A stretch of 64,000 nucleotides of DNA from Dimorphilus gyrociliatus. Its lineage: Eukaryota > Animalia > Annelida. Shown here one piece after another: positions 44,328 to 59,775 of this stretch; the first letter of the stretch is position 1; each line of letters begins with the position of its first letter. The notes under the pieces were generated by a model. That model did not search any database. It was not told the DNA's origin and saw only the letters and a program-made list of their open reading frames with translations. The stretch covers positions 124,001 to 188,000 of the forward strand of contig CAJFCJ010000010.1 in assembly GCA_904063045.1 (NCBI GenBank), given 5' to 3'. The position numbers and the translations under genes are program-made.

Positions 44328-46876
44328 ATGACGAATCATCAAATTGAACCGGACGTTGGGGCTATAATCGATCAATTGTTATCAGTGAAAGAAAGCCCGG
44401 GAAAACAGGTGCGACCGGAAATAAATTGATTTTTTTCTAATTCATTAATCAGTAACATTCATAAAAATTTATATCAATCTTAAATCTAGGTTCAGTTACC
44501 CGAAACTCATATAAGATGGTTATGTTCTGCCTCCAGAGAAATATTTTTAAGTCAGCCAATGCTTTTGGACCTATCCGTTCCTATAGTTATTTGTGGAGAT
44601 ATCCATGGACAGTATGATGATTTAATTAAGCACTTTGATAAGTGTGGTTATCCGCCCAAAACTAATTACCTTTTTCTAGGCGATTACGTTGACAGGTATG
44701 TACAACTTTTGATTACTCTTCTAAATATCAACCATACAACTTCTTTACTTGTCCCAAAAATCTATTTCCTTTATTTTCTTTCTCTTTTTTTTCTTATACA
44801 ATCTTTATCGATAAAAAAAAGTATGAAAACTCTTCAAAAAGATAATTAGGCCTATAGGCGAAAGATAACATATACCTAATATATGAATAGTTAAAGCTTT
44901 ACAGCTTGGTTCGTTGTTAAGATAGGAATTAGTAAGGGAAAAAAAGGGAAGCAGATGAAGACAGAGAGGGAGAAGAGAAAAGCAGCCGGTATTGTTTTCT
45001 CTCTTATTGAACTACGTTCATAGAGTGCAGTCCAAACACTTTAGTAATAAGGCTAATTTACATTAATCAACCATTAAATTTGAGCTGATCTATTCATAGC
45101 TTATTTTATAATTTGACATATTAAAGATAAAATACCATGAAAGATGGGATTTTTTTAATTAATATAAAAAAATCCTTTTCTTTCTAAGAGAAATTCCATT
45201 GTAGTGAAGAGAAAATAGATGTTTTTCATTAAGGGAATATTAATTCAGGTAAACGAAACCTGAATGAGCGTTTAATTAATCCATCAAAGATTGAAATTGG
45301 ATCGTTTTCTTTTCCTTGTCATATAAAATTAAGTTTTGTGCAGGAAAATTGTATCCAATTCAGGTAAATTTTATAGACGATAATTGCTATTTTGACGTCA
45401 TAGGGTAAACGAAGTAAACATAGTCACGTGATGGTATTTTTGACAACAGCTTTTACTATAGATTACGTGCGTAGATAGACAATGGAATTGAAAAAAATAT
45501 GCATATATTTCAATTTTTATTTTCCGGTTTAATCATAACAATCGATTTAGTTGGTTTCGAATATCTCTCTTAATACATATTTTTATATTTTACAGAGGTA
45601 AACGTTCGCTAGAAACGATTTGTCTAGTCTTAGCCTATAAAATCAAATATCCCGACAATTTCTTCCTGCTGCGAGGCAATCACGAATGTGCAAGTATTAA
45701 CAGGTACATTAAATTTGAAATATTACTTTTGCATATGCAAATATTAAGACGATGTAGGTTATATTCTCTCTTTACTTTTTAATGGAAAAAAAAACCTTTC
45801 ACATATTTCTCTATTGCGTTTAACGTCCGTAGAATAACAATAAAAAACACTCTCCCGATAAAGGAGAGGAGAAGGGAATAGAGTACTTTTTAATCGATTT
45901 AAAAAGAATTAAAGATCTTCCAAAAGATATTTAGTTTTTATGACAAGTGGCGTCTGGTGCAAATGATCCATTTCCATTATCTTGTCTAGTGGAGAATTGT
46001 CTAATATAGAACTTGATTTTCTATCAGTTACAGTTGTAGAAGCTAACGAGAAGCTTTACGGAATTTGATTTGTCCTAAACATACACTTTCGAGTAACTTT
46101 AAACTGTTTTCATACAACTAATCCTATTTAATTTACCACTCAGAATTTATGGTTTTTACGACGAGTGCAAGAGACGTTACAATATTAAGTTATGGAAGAC
46201 TTTTACTGACTGCTTCAATGCTTTACCCATAGCCGCTCTCATTGAGGGTGCTATATTCTGCTGCCATGGTGGCCTTTCTCCAGATCTCTTCGAATTAACT
46301 CAATTAAATAGTATAAATCGTCCTCTTGACGTTCCCGATCATGGACTAGTTTGCGACTTACTCTGGTCAGATCCGGATGAAGACATTACAGGTTGGGGAG
46401 AAAACGATCGAGGCGTTTCCTATACATTTGGTGGAGACGTTGTTAGATCATTTCTAAAGAAGCAAGAATGTTCGCTGATAGTTAGAGCTCATCAAGTTGT
46501 TGAGGATGGATATCAATTCTTTCAAAAGAGGAAGGTAATTATAAAATTAAAAAAAGATAGTTTGTTGTCACGCAGTAGAAGCAGAGCCATCTACTGTGTA
46601 AATTTTTTTAACAATAAGATATTACATTTAATGGCTTTTCTAACCTTCCCTTAAGCTTGTAACGCTCTTTTCCGCTCCTAATTACTGCGGGGAGTTTGAT
46701 AATGCAGGAGCCGCAATGGTTGTCGACGAAGACTTAACATGCTCGTTTCGTATAATTCCGGTAAGAAATACAACCGAAAATATAACCTTAATATTCTGTT
46801 TTTTCTTCTTTTTTTTAAAATACTTTAGCCTTTTACATCAACAAAATCAGTTGATAAAAAGAAAGGAAAATCTTAA
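44328..46876 (+). CDS. PPP1C: Serine/threonine protein phosphatase 1 catalytic subunit, divergent paralog
   Basis: [59 protein letters not shown]. Six exons are in phase. Confidence 0.95.
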
Positions 46877-47587
46877 AGCCCCTTCGGTATCTCCATCATC
46901 AATCCATCTATCATTTCATTCATCTTTTCATCCTTCCGAGAAAACAACGCTGTTATTTGCTAAAAAGGAATTAAAATCAGATATGACAAGTAAAAAGTAT
47001 AAAAATGGGGTTTTATAATCAAAAAACATGTTTAAAAAAATGGAAAAAAAAAACACATATTCACTGCAGACTTAAAAACAATTGAAAATTAAGAAGCACT
47101 CACTTTGTATAAGAGTTAAAATGATATGTTCAAAAATTTACTTATTATCAAATTATATATATTTGTAGTATATAACACATATCCATATAACACACTTCTA
47201 TGTGTATTTAGATGATATTTATATTTAATATTTGTCTTATTATGAAGTATTTATACTCGACAAAATAGGCGTATGAATAGTGCCAAAAGAATTATGTACA
47301 TACATGTGAGTTTTCCTTTTTTTCTTTCTTTCTCTCTATCTCTCTGTCATTCTCTCTATCTGAATTGTATCTCTTTGCAACGAAAACAAAAATGTTAACA
47401 CATAATAAAGTAAACTAATCGAATCAGGGAAAATCGAAAAATTGATTATATAGGAAAAATCCTGGATTAAAAACTTACGCTAGTTGTTAAAGAAAAAGAA
47501 CTGTCAAATATATAGAGATGATCACTCATTAGTATGTAAATAATTGATTATTTATCAAAGCTATTTGCATATTAATATAAAAGTAGA

Positions 47588-47619
<32 letters not shown>

Positions 47620-48305
47620 AACTATAAAACTCGTAACCTTTAAAAGGAGGACAGAGTACGAAAATATATACTTCCTTTTTTTTCGTCCTCTTCCTCCTCC
47701 TCCTCACATACTATATACCTAGGTAATGATATTTCCGAATGGAAATCTTAACTAGAATAAGGCAGAAAAAATTTGTAATCTGCATTAATTACTTCTTTAA
47801 CTTGCTTAGTTTTTTTTTGTTCTAATTGTATTCCATGATTTGATTTTTAATGCTTTCCCATAAAACTCTATGGGTCATTTTTTTCATGTCGTTCGCTTGT
47901 TTATTTGTATATTTCAATTATAAACGAAAGTACAATGATAATTACGATTGTGATCTGTTTGTTTTTTAATTTTTTGATTTTTATGTTTCGATTTTCAATT
48001 TCTTTTCTCTTTCGTTTTGCCTTTGATTTGTAGATTTTCATTTCTTGTCTTGTTTTACTTTCAAGTAAATTGTATATTTATTTTGTTTATTTGAAATACA
48101 GATGGCGCAGAGATATATTTCTTGTATATTTTATATAATAAAGAGGGAGAAGAGCGCTGACGCTTTCTTCATTGAGGCGCTAATCAGCGAAAATCCGATT
48201 TATTCGATAAGAGGCGCTTCGAGATGTTGGCGAGCGCCAACGTAAATAAATAAACATTCCAAAGCCGTTCCGCAATTTGTCAGCATCTATTGCGGTAGCC
48301 TAACC

Positions 48306-50718
48306 ATGGAAAAGTTGTTGTGTAAAGCCCTAGGTGTGCTGCTAACTCGACGGGGCCAACTCGCTAATTTATCTCTTCTGAACCTCTTCGAACAGAACTT
48401 TGTTAAGAGCTGCCGTAATTCTTCGGTAATTGAAGAGGAAACAACCGGAAACGAAAATGAAAATCCTGTTTGGAATTCGAAAATTTTTGTCATTCCCATA
48501 GTGTTTGGATTAATTGTATTAATTGGAGCAATTGGTAATGTTCTCGTATTTGTTGCGGTGTGGAAGAGAGCCCTTAGAACCACGACCAACTTTTTTATTG
48601 TTAATTTAGCAGTTGCTGATCTGCTTTTCCTCTTATTCTGTGCACCTTTTCATGCAGTCATCTATACGGACCAGGCGTGGTTCTTTGGCGAAATTGCTTG
48701 TAAATTGGTCCATTTACTCCAATACTCTTCCATGCTTGCCAGTGCTTGGACATTGGTGGCAATGTCAGCAGATAGATATTTCTCATTGATGAAACGTTTT
48801 AAAGTGATATACGATATTAGCCGTTCTAACGCCGCATCCTTTATCAATTAACTCTTAATTGTCTCATTACTGAAAGAAGTAAAAACTTTTCTTCTATTTG
48901 ATAAGTTTTAATGATCAAAAGTTTCTTTCTATCTAATTTTTTTTCTCTACTTTTCACTCGAATTCTAAAGAGAATTTTTGAATTAACAACCTAATAGGAA
49001 GCGTTTTTTTCGTTTTCCTTTAAATCTACAGGAAGTGCTAGTAGATTTACAGCTATAATATGAGTTTTTAATTTCCTGTAAAGAGAAAATCCCTTAACCT
49101 AATTCCCTATTTATTCATTGTAATAAGATTAAACTAGGTTAAGAATTAGCTATAACTATAAGAGACCCAATATTTTTTCTCTAAGAAAAAGTATTAGCTT
49201 ATTTTTTCATAAAAGAAAAAAAAATCTATTTTTAGATACGATTTTTTTCTCATTTTTATGATATTTGTGTGTATATTTTTCAAGATAGAACCGATAGATT
49301 TATTCATAATTTTGCTTTCATTCCATTGAGCATTATGCATTAGAACTGGTTAATTAATGTGATCATTTCCGAAAGAAAAAGCAATATAAATACGTGCTTA
49401 GCACTTATCAATATGAATTATGAGCCGAACAGATCCCAAATAGTTACGAACTAATAATAAAATAATGAAAAGCTTTTCTCTACTATTAGCCAACGTACTC
49501 CACTTAGAACAAGAGGCTATACAGATTTCCCAAGAATTCTTGAAAAAAATTCCACTTTTTTTTCTTTTCACCCTTCCTTTGTTATGTACTTTAAAAGAAA
49601 ATGCAAAAGAGTGTATGTAGGAGAGAGAGAGAGAGAGAGAGAGAGAGGAAGAGAGATGAATTTTTCTCACTTCAAATTACTATTATTTCTCCTATGAAGA
49701 AGAGCAATAGTACACTTGTATAGTTTATACTTTTAAGTGATTTTAATTATATGAAACTCCAGTAGGAAGGGTTAATATATACCATTCTAGAACTGATAAA
49801 GATAAATGAACTAAACTTAGATGAATAACATTCTCTGGTTAGAATTACAAACTCCCAAAAACTCTTTAATACTAGATCTAATTATTCCAAGAGAAAAACT
49901 TCTCTTCTTACTTTCTTGTTTAGTTGTCTTCTCTTTTTTTCTCTTCTATACAAACTATTCTAACATTTTATTTAATAGTTTATGTAAAGACAAAAGTTAC
50001 AAAATGGCTTATATTGTATATCCTTACTATTGCGTAAACACTCTTGAACACGTGCTTTACATAATAGAAAGCGAAAATAGCTTTACTAATTAGTGTTGCT
50101 ATTTGGATAGCAGCTTTACTCTTTGCTATTCCGTGGCCAATAGTTTATACTGTAAGAAGTTACGAAGGAGCTGAAGTTTGCAGTGACGCTTTTGATTCAA
50201 TAGAGAAGAGAGCCTCAACATTTATTTTACTTTTCATATTTGGTTATGTTATACCTCTTGCAGCTATAGCCGTATTTTCGTATCTACTCGTAAGAAGTTT
50301 ATGGAGCGTGCCGAAGACGCAGAATGGTAATACTGCAAAAAAGAAGGTCACTCGTCTAATTATTTCAGTTGTCTTAGCGTTTGCCACTTGTTGGCTACCT
50401 ACCCATTTGTTCTCCTTATATGTTAACTTGAGAAACTTATTATCTTCGCGTCCCTTCCGTTTTACAACCACAATATTTGTCTTACGTCAATGTAGTCACG
50501 TTATATCTTACGCCAATTCGGCAATTAATCCCGTGCTGTACGCTCTATTATCTAGGCACTTTCGTCTGGCCTTTAAGAGGGCGTTAAGATGTAGGAATAG
50601 AGGTAGTAGAACTGGTGGTCGAGGTTTAATGGCGTCTCAACCATTACCATTTCACGTACGGCTACAAAATATTCGCTGTCAAATAGGCGTCGGTAAAAGA
50701 GTCAATCATAGCGTTTAA
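48306..50718 (+). CDS. Class A neuropeptide GPCR of the galanin/allatostatin-A/kisspeptin receptor group
   Basis: GN..V, TTNFFIVNLAVADLLF..FCAPF, CKLVH, MSADRY, FIFGYVIP, CWLP, YANSAINPVLY. The TM3-TM4 splice junction is uncertain. Confidence 0.85.
49621..49646. repeat. (GA)n microsatellite in the GPCR intron
   Basis: Perfect GA run. Confidence 0.95.
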
Positions 50719-53700
50719 ATCAATTTATAATTAAATAAATTCTCTCAGTTAGGCTAATTTATTTAAAGAATGATTAGTTATCGTGATAGATCGGCGGAAT
50801 ATATATATATATATACGGTATATATAGTATATACTGTATAGATATCAATTATTTATTATAAAAAGGTTGTAAGTAAGATCTTGTTTCCTAAAAATGACTA
50901 ATTCCATTAATCTGAGTTTAAATCTAAAAAAAAAGAAAAAGAAAGGAAAAGAAAAGGTTGAAAAGTCAATAATACAATAATTTATATTCTATTTCATCTG
51001 ATTTTTCCCATTTAGATGAAATTTGAAAAGCAATATTTAAAAAAAGAGGATATTTTACATAATTTATTAAATTTTCATTATTAGTATAATATAAATTCTC
51101 CCACTACCCGTTACAAGATTTTCCGCCTACTTATTCCTAATCAACGTCATGTGAGTTGAGGAATTTGCTGTCGTCCAACCCCTTTTCACATGACAGCCGC
51201 AATTTTTTTACTCCTCCAGAATGGCAGCGTTCCTTTTTCCCAGTAGCAAATTCAGCACTTTGGCTTCCTTTTAATCAATTCTATTCTTTATTTATTCTTT
51301 TGTAAACTTTCATAAAGGTGATTGGAAGTGATCATTCCTAATCTTTACAAACCAAAGAATAGTACCATTGTAAATATTTTTAATATCATTATTTGTATAT
51401 GTAACTTTAAAAATATATCAGTATTACGTAATATTTTGAAATCTTTATCTTTATTTCCAAAACTGTTTCTTGATATAGTAAAACTATTGAAAAAAAATAT
51501 ATATAGCGACCTCGGGTGAGAAAACGCAAATTTAGTGTTTTTTCCTATTTATTTAACATTTCACAACGGGTGGTTAAGTGCGAAGCTGTTTGTTTTTACG
51601 ATGCAAAAGTCTTAAGTCAAGTACAAATTTCTAAAGACCTTTAAAACAATTCGTTGGTCGATTAAAGGTCAAGAATTTTTTTTTACTAAGTTTCCCTTAG
51701 CCAGCTAGCTTTTTCTTTTCTATTTGAAACAAAAAGGTGCTGAAGCTTGAAAAGATTAGAATAATATTAAAATTTCATTATCGTTGAATTATTTATCGAA
51801 AATGTTTACATAAAGAAGGAAATTTTTTACATTTTTCTTTAGTTATTAGATTCCATCTGTTATTAATTTATTTCCTTTTTTTATATGTTTCTTTAATATT
51901 CTGTTGATTTCGAACTATGCAATATATTTCTTCCAAAAATAAACGCTATAGAAAAAAGATCCAATCTATAGGAAAAAGTTTTTATGGGCGTAACTTTTTA
52001 ACAACTCGTTAATAAACTTATGCAGAGAGAGAGAGACAGAAGAGGGGAAGAGAGGGAATAGTGATTGATTCATAAGAATTATAGTAATAACAAACCACAC
52101 TTGCTGATTGCTGATCTTTAGTTGTAATAATAACTTTGTAGCAAAACTTTCACAATGTATACAGAGTATCGTATACACTATTGAGGCTATATATATACCT
52201 TTATATTGTAAATAGTCTTCTATATAAGTATGTAAGACTATTCATGACTCTCTAATAATCATAGAAAAATTCTTATTGTTAATAGACCTTTAATCGTTAA
52301 GATTTTTCATTTCATCACGAATGATACACTCTCAAAAGCTAACAAAAAAACTGAAATAGTATATATATATTGTAGATTTCATCTACTTTTCATGCAGAAC
52401 AGATTCTCTTCCTTATCTTCTTCGCCATTTTCTGCCTCCTTGCGTACAGAATTATCATATTTACAAAATTTGATTTTCAAAAGAGACGCTTTGCTAAAGA
52501 GAAAACTAATAATCAGTTTTTGGAAACAAAGGCGGTAAATCAATAATTATTGATTGGTTCTTTGAAATGAAACCTCAAAAAAAGGGTCAAAATATATATT
52601 TAATATATCTATTAAATATATATATATATTGCATGTAAAATACATTAAAATAACTTTGTATATTATTCATATCTAGGACAAAAAATAGAGGAATATACAG
52701 TATGTCTTCCGCTAACCTATAACAACTTATATTTCCTTCTATGATTTCATTTAAATAAGAGATTTATAGTTTCAAGTATTTAAACATATTTCCCGATATA
52801 TCAAACTTTCATCTTTTTTCATAAACTAGATATTGTTAAGGAGCTAAAATTCTAACTAAATGAAATCATAATACTACTATTCATTATTAAAATAGAATGG
52901 TATTTTTAGTGATGAAATTATTGGAAATGTCAACATCATGGAAAGAGAATGCTAACTCTATATGATAAGGGTTAACTATTCGTGATCTTTAGAGAAGAAA
53001 CACAACAATATATAGATAGATAGTATATATATTTTATTGATATTCGTACAATATATGTATATTATTATGGATTATCCCTATCATTTCAACACTCTTAACT
53101 CCATATAAGATTGCATTTATTTCTAAATATCACATATTCGTTTCTTCTATTTATTGAACGATTGTATAAATTTTCGAGTTAACTTTCAGAAGAGAAATAG
53201 GAATTGAATAGTTAAAAAAATCTATTAACGGACGACAGATGAGAAGTTTTAATAAACTGTAAACAAACTTATCTAATCACGTTCTCAGCTTCTAGAAATG
53301 TTCTCAAAGAGGCCATCTACGATTCCTTCACCTTAAATATCAAGTACACTTTTTTGTATACAAGGAAAGAATTTGTTATATTCACATGAACAAATAATAT
53401 CGTCTATGAGAATTTCATTATCCAATATGAAAATAAAAAAAACGTTACATTTTCAAGATAATCTGCTTAACTTCTGTGATAATTAATACTCATATATAAA
53501 TTTATATACTTAATGTATTAGGATTGTAAAGATCTTGATGAAAAAACCTGAAAAAGACACTCCCTCCGAACGATTTAACTTTTAAAATATAAACCTTTTC
53601 ACTATAACTTTCATCTATTCAAATGCCGATAAATTATTGTCAATCATTCTAACAGTTTCTTTTAGGTGAAGTAAAAGTCAAATCGAAAGTAATTTAACAT

Positions 53701-54146
53701 ATAAAACTTATATTACTTAACCTATATTCGATTATATTGATATGAAAGTTGTAAAGATAATTGGGCCTAATTTTGGAACTATATATAAATTAATATATTA
53801 TACATTCTCTTAGCTATTGTTTCCTGTTTTAACAGTCTTTAATACAGGATGTTAAATGTTGTAGCATATTCGAAATGGTTAAAATTTATTTGTTATTTGT
53901 TTTTAAAAAAAAAAATAATGAATAAAAATTCATCTGTAATAAAGAATTGAAATATACAGAAATACATCAAACGTTTTGCCGATGAAATCTGTAATCGGAT
54001 ATGCGTCATCTCATAAGCATAAACTTTTTATAAAAACGTCGTCGAAATAAGATTTATTCGTATCAGATAATATACAAATATATGAATAATTCACTTGGAA
54101 AAAATTGCTTTTCTAGAAGAAATTATACATTTGATAGAAGAACTAG

Positions 54147-54191
<45 letters not shown>

Positions 54192-54948
54192 ATCGATCTA
54201 CATTCTATTTTCGATAGAAGAAAGAAAAGAAACATTGTCCTTTTAGGTAAATTATCTCTTTAAAAAAGTAAATTAAAAGTGAAAATACAACACGCTGCAA
54301 TTCTTGCCTCAGTAACAATCTATTAAAATCTGTGAGTCATAATTCAATTTTATATCCGTACATTATACTATTTATTTGATATTGTATTGGTAACACTGCC
54401 TGAACATTTACATATTGTTTTATATATTAATTATATTTTAGACATAATTCAGCAGATGGTGTAATGCAAGCATCATAAAGAGGGAACGGAATGCTAGAAA
54501 GCCTTGACCCAATAGCTCTAATGTAACTAAAATACTTTACTTATAGACGTCCAAAATGATAGGCACGTGTAAAAAATAAGGTAATTTACTTTTCTCTCGT
54601 TCTATTGAAAAAGGGTTTTTAAATAGAAAGTAAACATTATCGAATCTACTTATATACTTTTAAAGGCGATTTTATCAATCAAAACCTAATCGGAACAGTC
54701 ATTTTTCTTTTTTTGTAAATGTATAAACAAGCATATTTGCACATATAGTATATGTGATGTAATCTGCAAAGTTTTCTACAAATCTTGCGTAACTTTCTTT
54801 CATGCTGTATCGCTTCTCAGCTGTTCCAAGTTGAGAGGATAGAGAATCGTACAATGGTAAAGTAGAGACATCTATCGCTTCTTTGTGTTATTTTTTATGA
54901 GAGATGACGCAATAGCTTTAATTTTTGACTTAAAAAACACATAAATAT

Positions 54949-55701
54949 TTAGTTTGATTCAATTTGTTTATTTCCTAAATTTTGTAAAATTTGTCCTTCC
55001 TTCACTTTAGCTCTATCATAATAAACTTCCATGTAATGTCTCACTTCTTGTGTATAGTCACTGGCTTTCAGTGCCAGTAGAATGCATGAACCACCAATTA
55101 GACCTAAGAATCCTCCGATAGTACCACCAGCAATAACTCCTCTCAATCCTAAGTTTGATCTGAGTATTGCCGCAGTTAGTGAACCACCTGCGACATACTC
55201 TCTAAGGGATGACTCATTTCTATATACGGCAATAGATGAAGAGGTAAAGAGAAATATTCCTGAAAATATTGCAGTCTTTGCAAACCATCGAAAGCCGGTT
55301 CTTAGGCCTGCTACGAATGTCTGATCCAAACTGGCTCTTGAAGCTCTAAATTGGGTATCGAATTTTGTTGCTTTGTTTCTTTCAATAAAGCGATCTCGCC
55401 CCTGCTTGGCACCAATTCCCGCAGTAAAACCGAAGGTAACTGCAGCGGCGTATAGAGGAACTGAACTGCAAAATCGTAAATCTTCAGATATTTTGTCACG
55501 GCCTAAGATATTGTACATTGATTTTAAGCGTTGCATGCCAGACTCCTTTTCCAGGATTGACCTAATTTCTGACCTGGGTACTGCAACATTGGGTATTGGG
55601 TTTTCGAAATTATCTAATAAAATGGGAGCCGGTTCGGTGTCATTTTCATATAGGAAAGATAGTCGCTTTGGTAGAGTCTGCGGCATTTCGCCAGAGTTCA
55701 T
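54949..55701 (-). CDS. TIMMDC1: Complex I assembly factor TIMMDC1 (Tim17/22/23 family), intronless
   Basis: ESGMQRLKSMY, FIERNKATKF, GFRWFAKTAIF, IAVYRNE, and the glycine-zipper NLGLRGVIAGGTIGGFLG, which match the TIMMDC1 pattern. Confidence 0.88.
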   Translation of the reverse strand: MNSGEMPQTLPKRLSFLYENDTEPAPILLDNFENPIPNVAVPRSEIRSILEKESGMQRLKSMYNILGRDKISEDLRFCSSVPLYAAAVTFGFTAGIGAKQGRDRFIERNKATKFDTQFRASRASLDQTFVAGLRTGFRWFAKTAIFSGIFLFTSSSIAVYRNESSLREYVAGGSLTAAILRSNLGLRGVIAGGTIGGFLGLIGGSCILLALKASDYTQEVRHYMEVYYDRAKVKEGQILQNLGNKQIESN

Positions 55702-56715
55702 GTGCTTTCAAGGTCGAGGTCGTAAAAGTTCCTTTAGCGGACTTTCTTTTCGTATTTTCTGTCTGCGTTAACAAAATTCAAATAAACTATCACTAAAAAA
55801 TCAGCTTTTTCATAATATTTATCTCCTTAGCTATCACGTTGTCGTCTACGTCGTCACTTCCGCTGGCGGGAATAGCCTCTTACTCAAAATATAATGATTA
55901 AATATCTACAATATCCTACTTTTTACCGACTTTCATCACACGATATCATAACGATATTACATTTTCGTTATTACATAAACACCTCCGTGCCTATTGAAGA
56001 AAACCTCAATTAAATATGTCGAATTTATTAAATAAATGTACATTTTGACGATAAAAACTCACAAGGATAAGTTTTGGATGTGACTTTTTCATTTTTCTAC
56101 TAATACATTTGTCAATTTTGCTATTTGTTTACTACAATTTAACCCATTATAAAATTCTCCTCTCCTTGACACAATTAGCACTTGATTAAAAATTTAGTAG
56201 TCTGATTGGGCAGGTGGAGGGAGCTGGTCATTAAAAGTGGACTAAATTAATACATTATTTGTTTTTTTTCTAAATACCAGTTGGAGTAAGTATAGTTGTT
56301 ATTGAGGTGAAAGTTAATCACAGTCAACTTGATGACTAAAGTCTGAACAGGTTTTTAGTTGCTAAAGCAACTCTTTTAGCAGTTAAAAGATACACAATTT
56401 TTTAATGAACTATTTAAAAGATACTGTTCCAGACTATTGTATAAAAAAACATTAAAAAATCGCTTCATACTTAAAAAAGATGAAAGTAGAGTCGATAAAA
56501 GATTTAAATATATAACTAGTAAAACGCGCCATCTATCGTCTGCAAAGTTTTAAATGAAAGTAGTCCCCACATAAAACTCTCTATTTTTCAAATTTTCCTG
56601 AATAAAGCCTACTAATTTGAAATATAATAATGTTAATTTAAACAATTAACTTTAAAGTAACTTATTACCAGTGCTAAAAGAACTGATACAGAAATTAATT
56701 CGGCGTCGGAATACG

Positions 56716-56770
56716 TGACGTCATCAATAGTATAAAAACGTACTGCGCCGGAAATCTGCCTTCACTAGTT
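56716..56770 (+). promoter_or_regulatory. PABPC1 core promoter: CRE, TATA box, ETS-like site
   Basis: TGACGTCA at 56716-56723, TATAAAA at 56731-56737, CCGGAAAT at 56748-56755, then a pyrimidine/Inr-like CTTCACT about 28-30 nt after the TATA box. Confidence 0.7.
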
Positions 56771-56828
56771 AGGAGCGAGTCAGGTTGTGTGAAAAAATCC
56801 GTTTTTCACTCAACTTTTCTATTGTTTA

Positions 56829-56910
56829 AGAAAATTTAAAATATTTTCAAAAACCCAAAAAAAATCTACAAAACCTCCCGAAAATCGCTTTAAAAAAAGT
56901 CGTAATAAAA
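56829..56910 (+). promoter_or_regulatory. A-rich autoregulatory element in the PABPC1 5' UTR
   Basis: Oligo(A) runs separated by pyrimidines (CAAAAACCCAAAAAAAATCTACAAAACC...TTTAAAAAAAG). This is the same layout as the known PABP 5' UTR autoregulatory sequence. Confidence 0.65.
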
Positions 56911-56999
56911 GGAAGGGAATCGAGAAAGGTTTGTACTTGTCGCCGCCATTTTGTCTTGGGACCGTTTTTTGCAAAATTGAAAAAATAAGCAAGTTTTGA

Positions 57000-59775
<2,776 letters not shown>

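Noticed and set aside
55082-55796. Several overlapping short ORFs over TIMMDC1, and similar ones over GPD2, GFPT and PABPC1
   Set aside because: Alternative-frame or antisense shadows of well-supported CDSs with no independent evidence.
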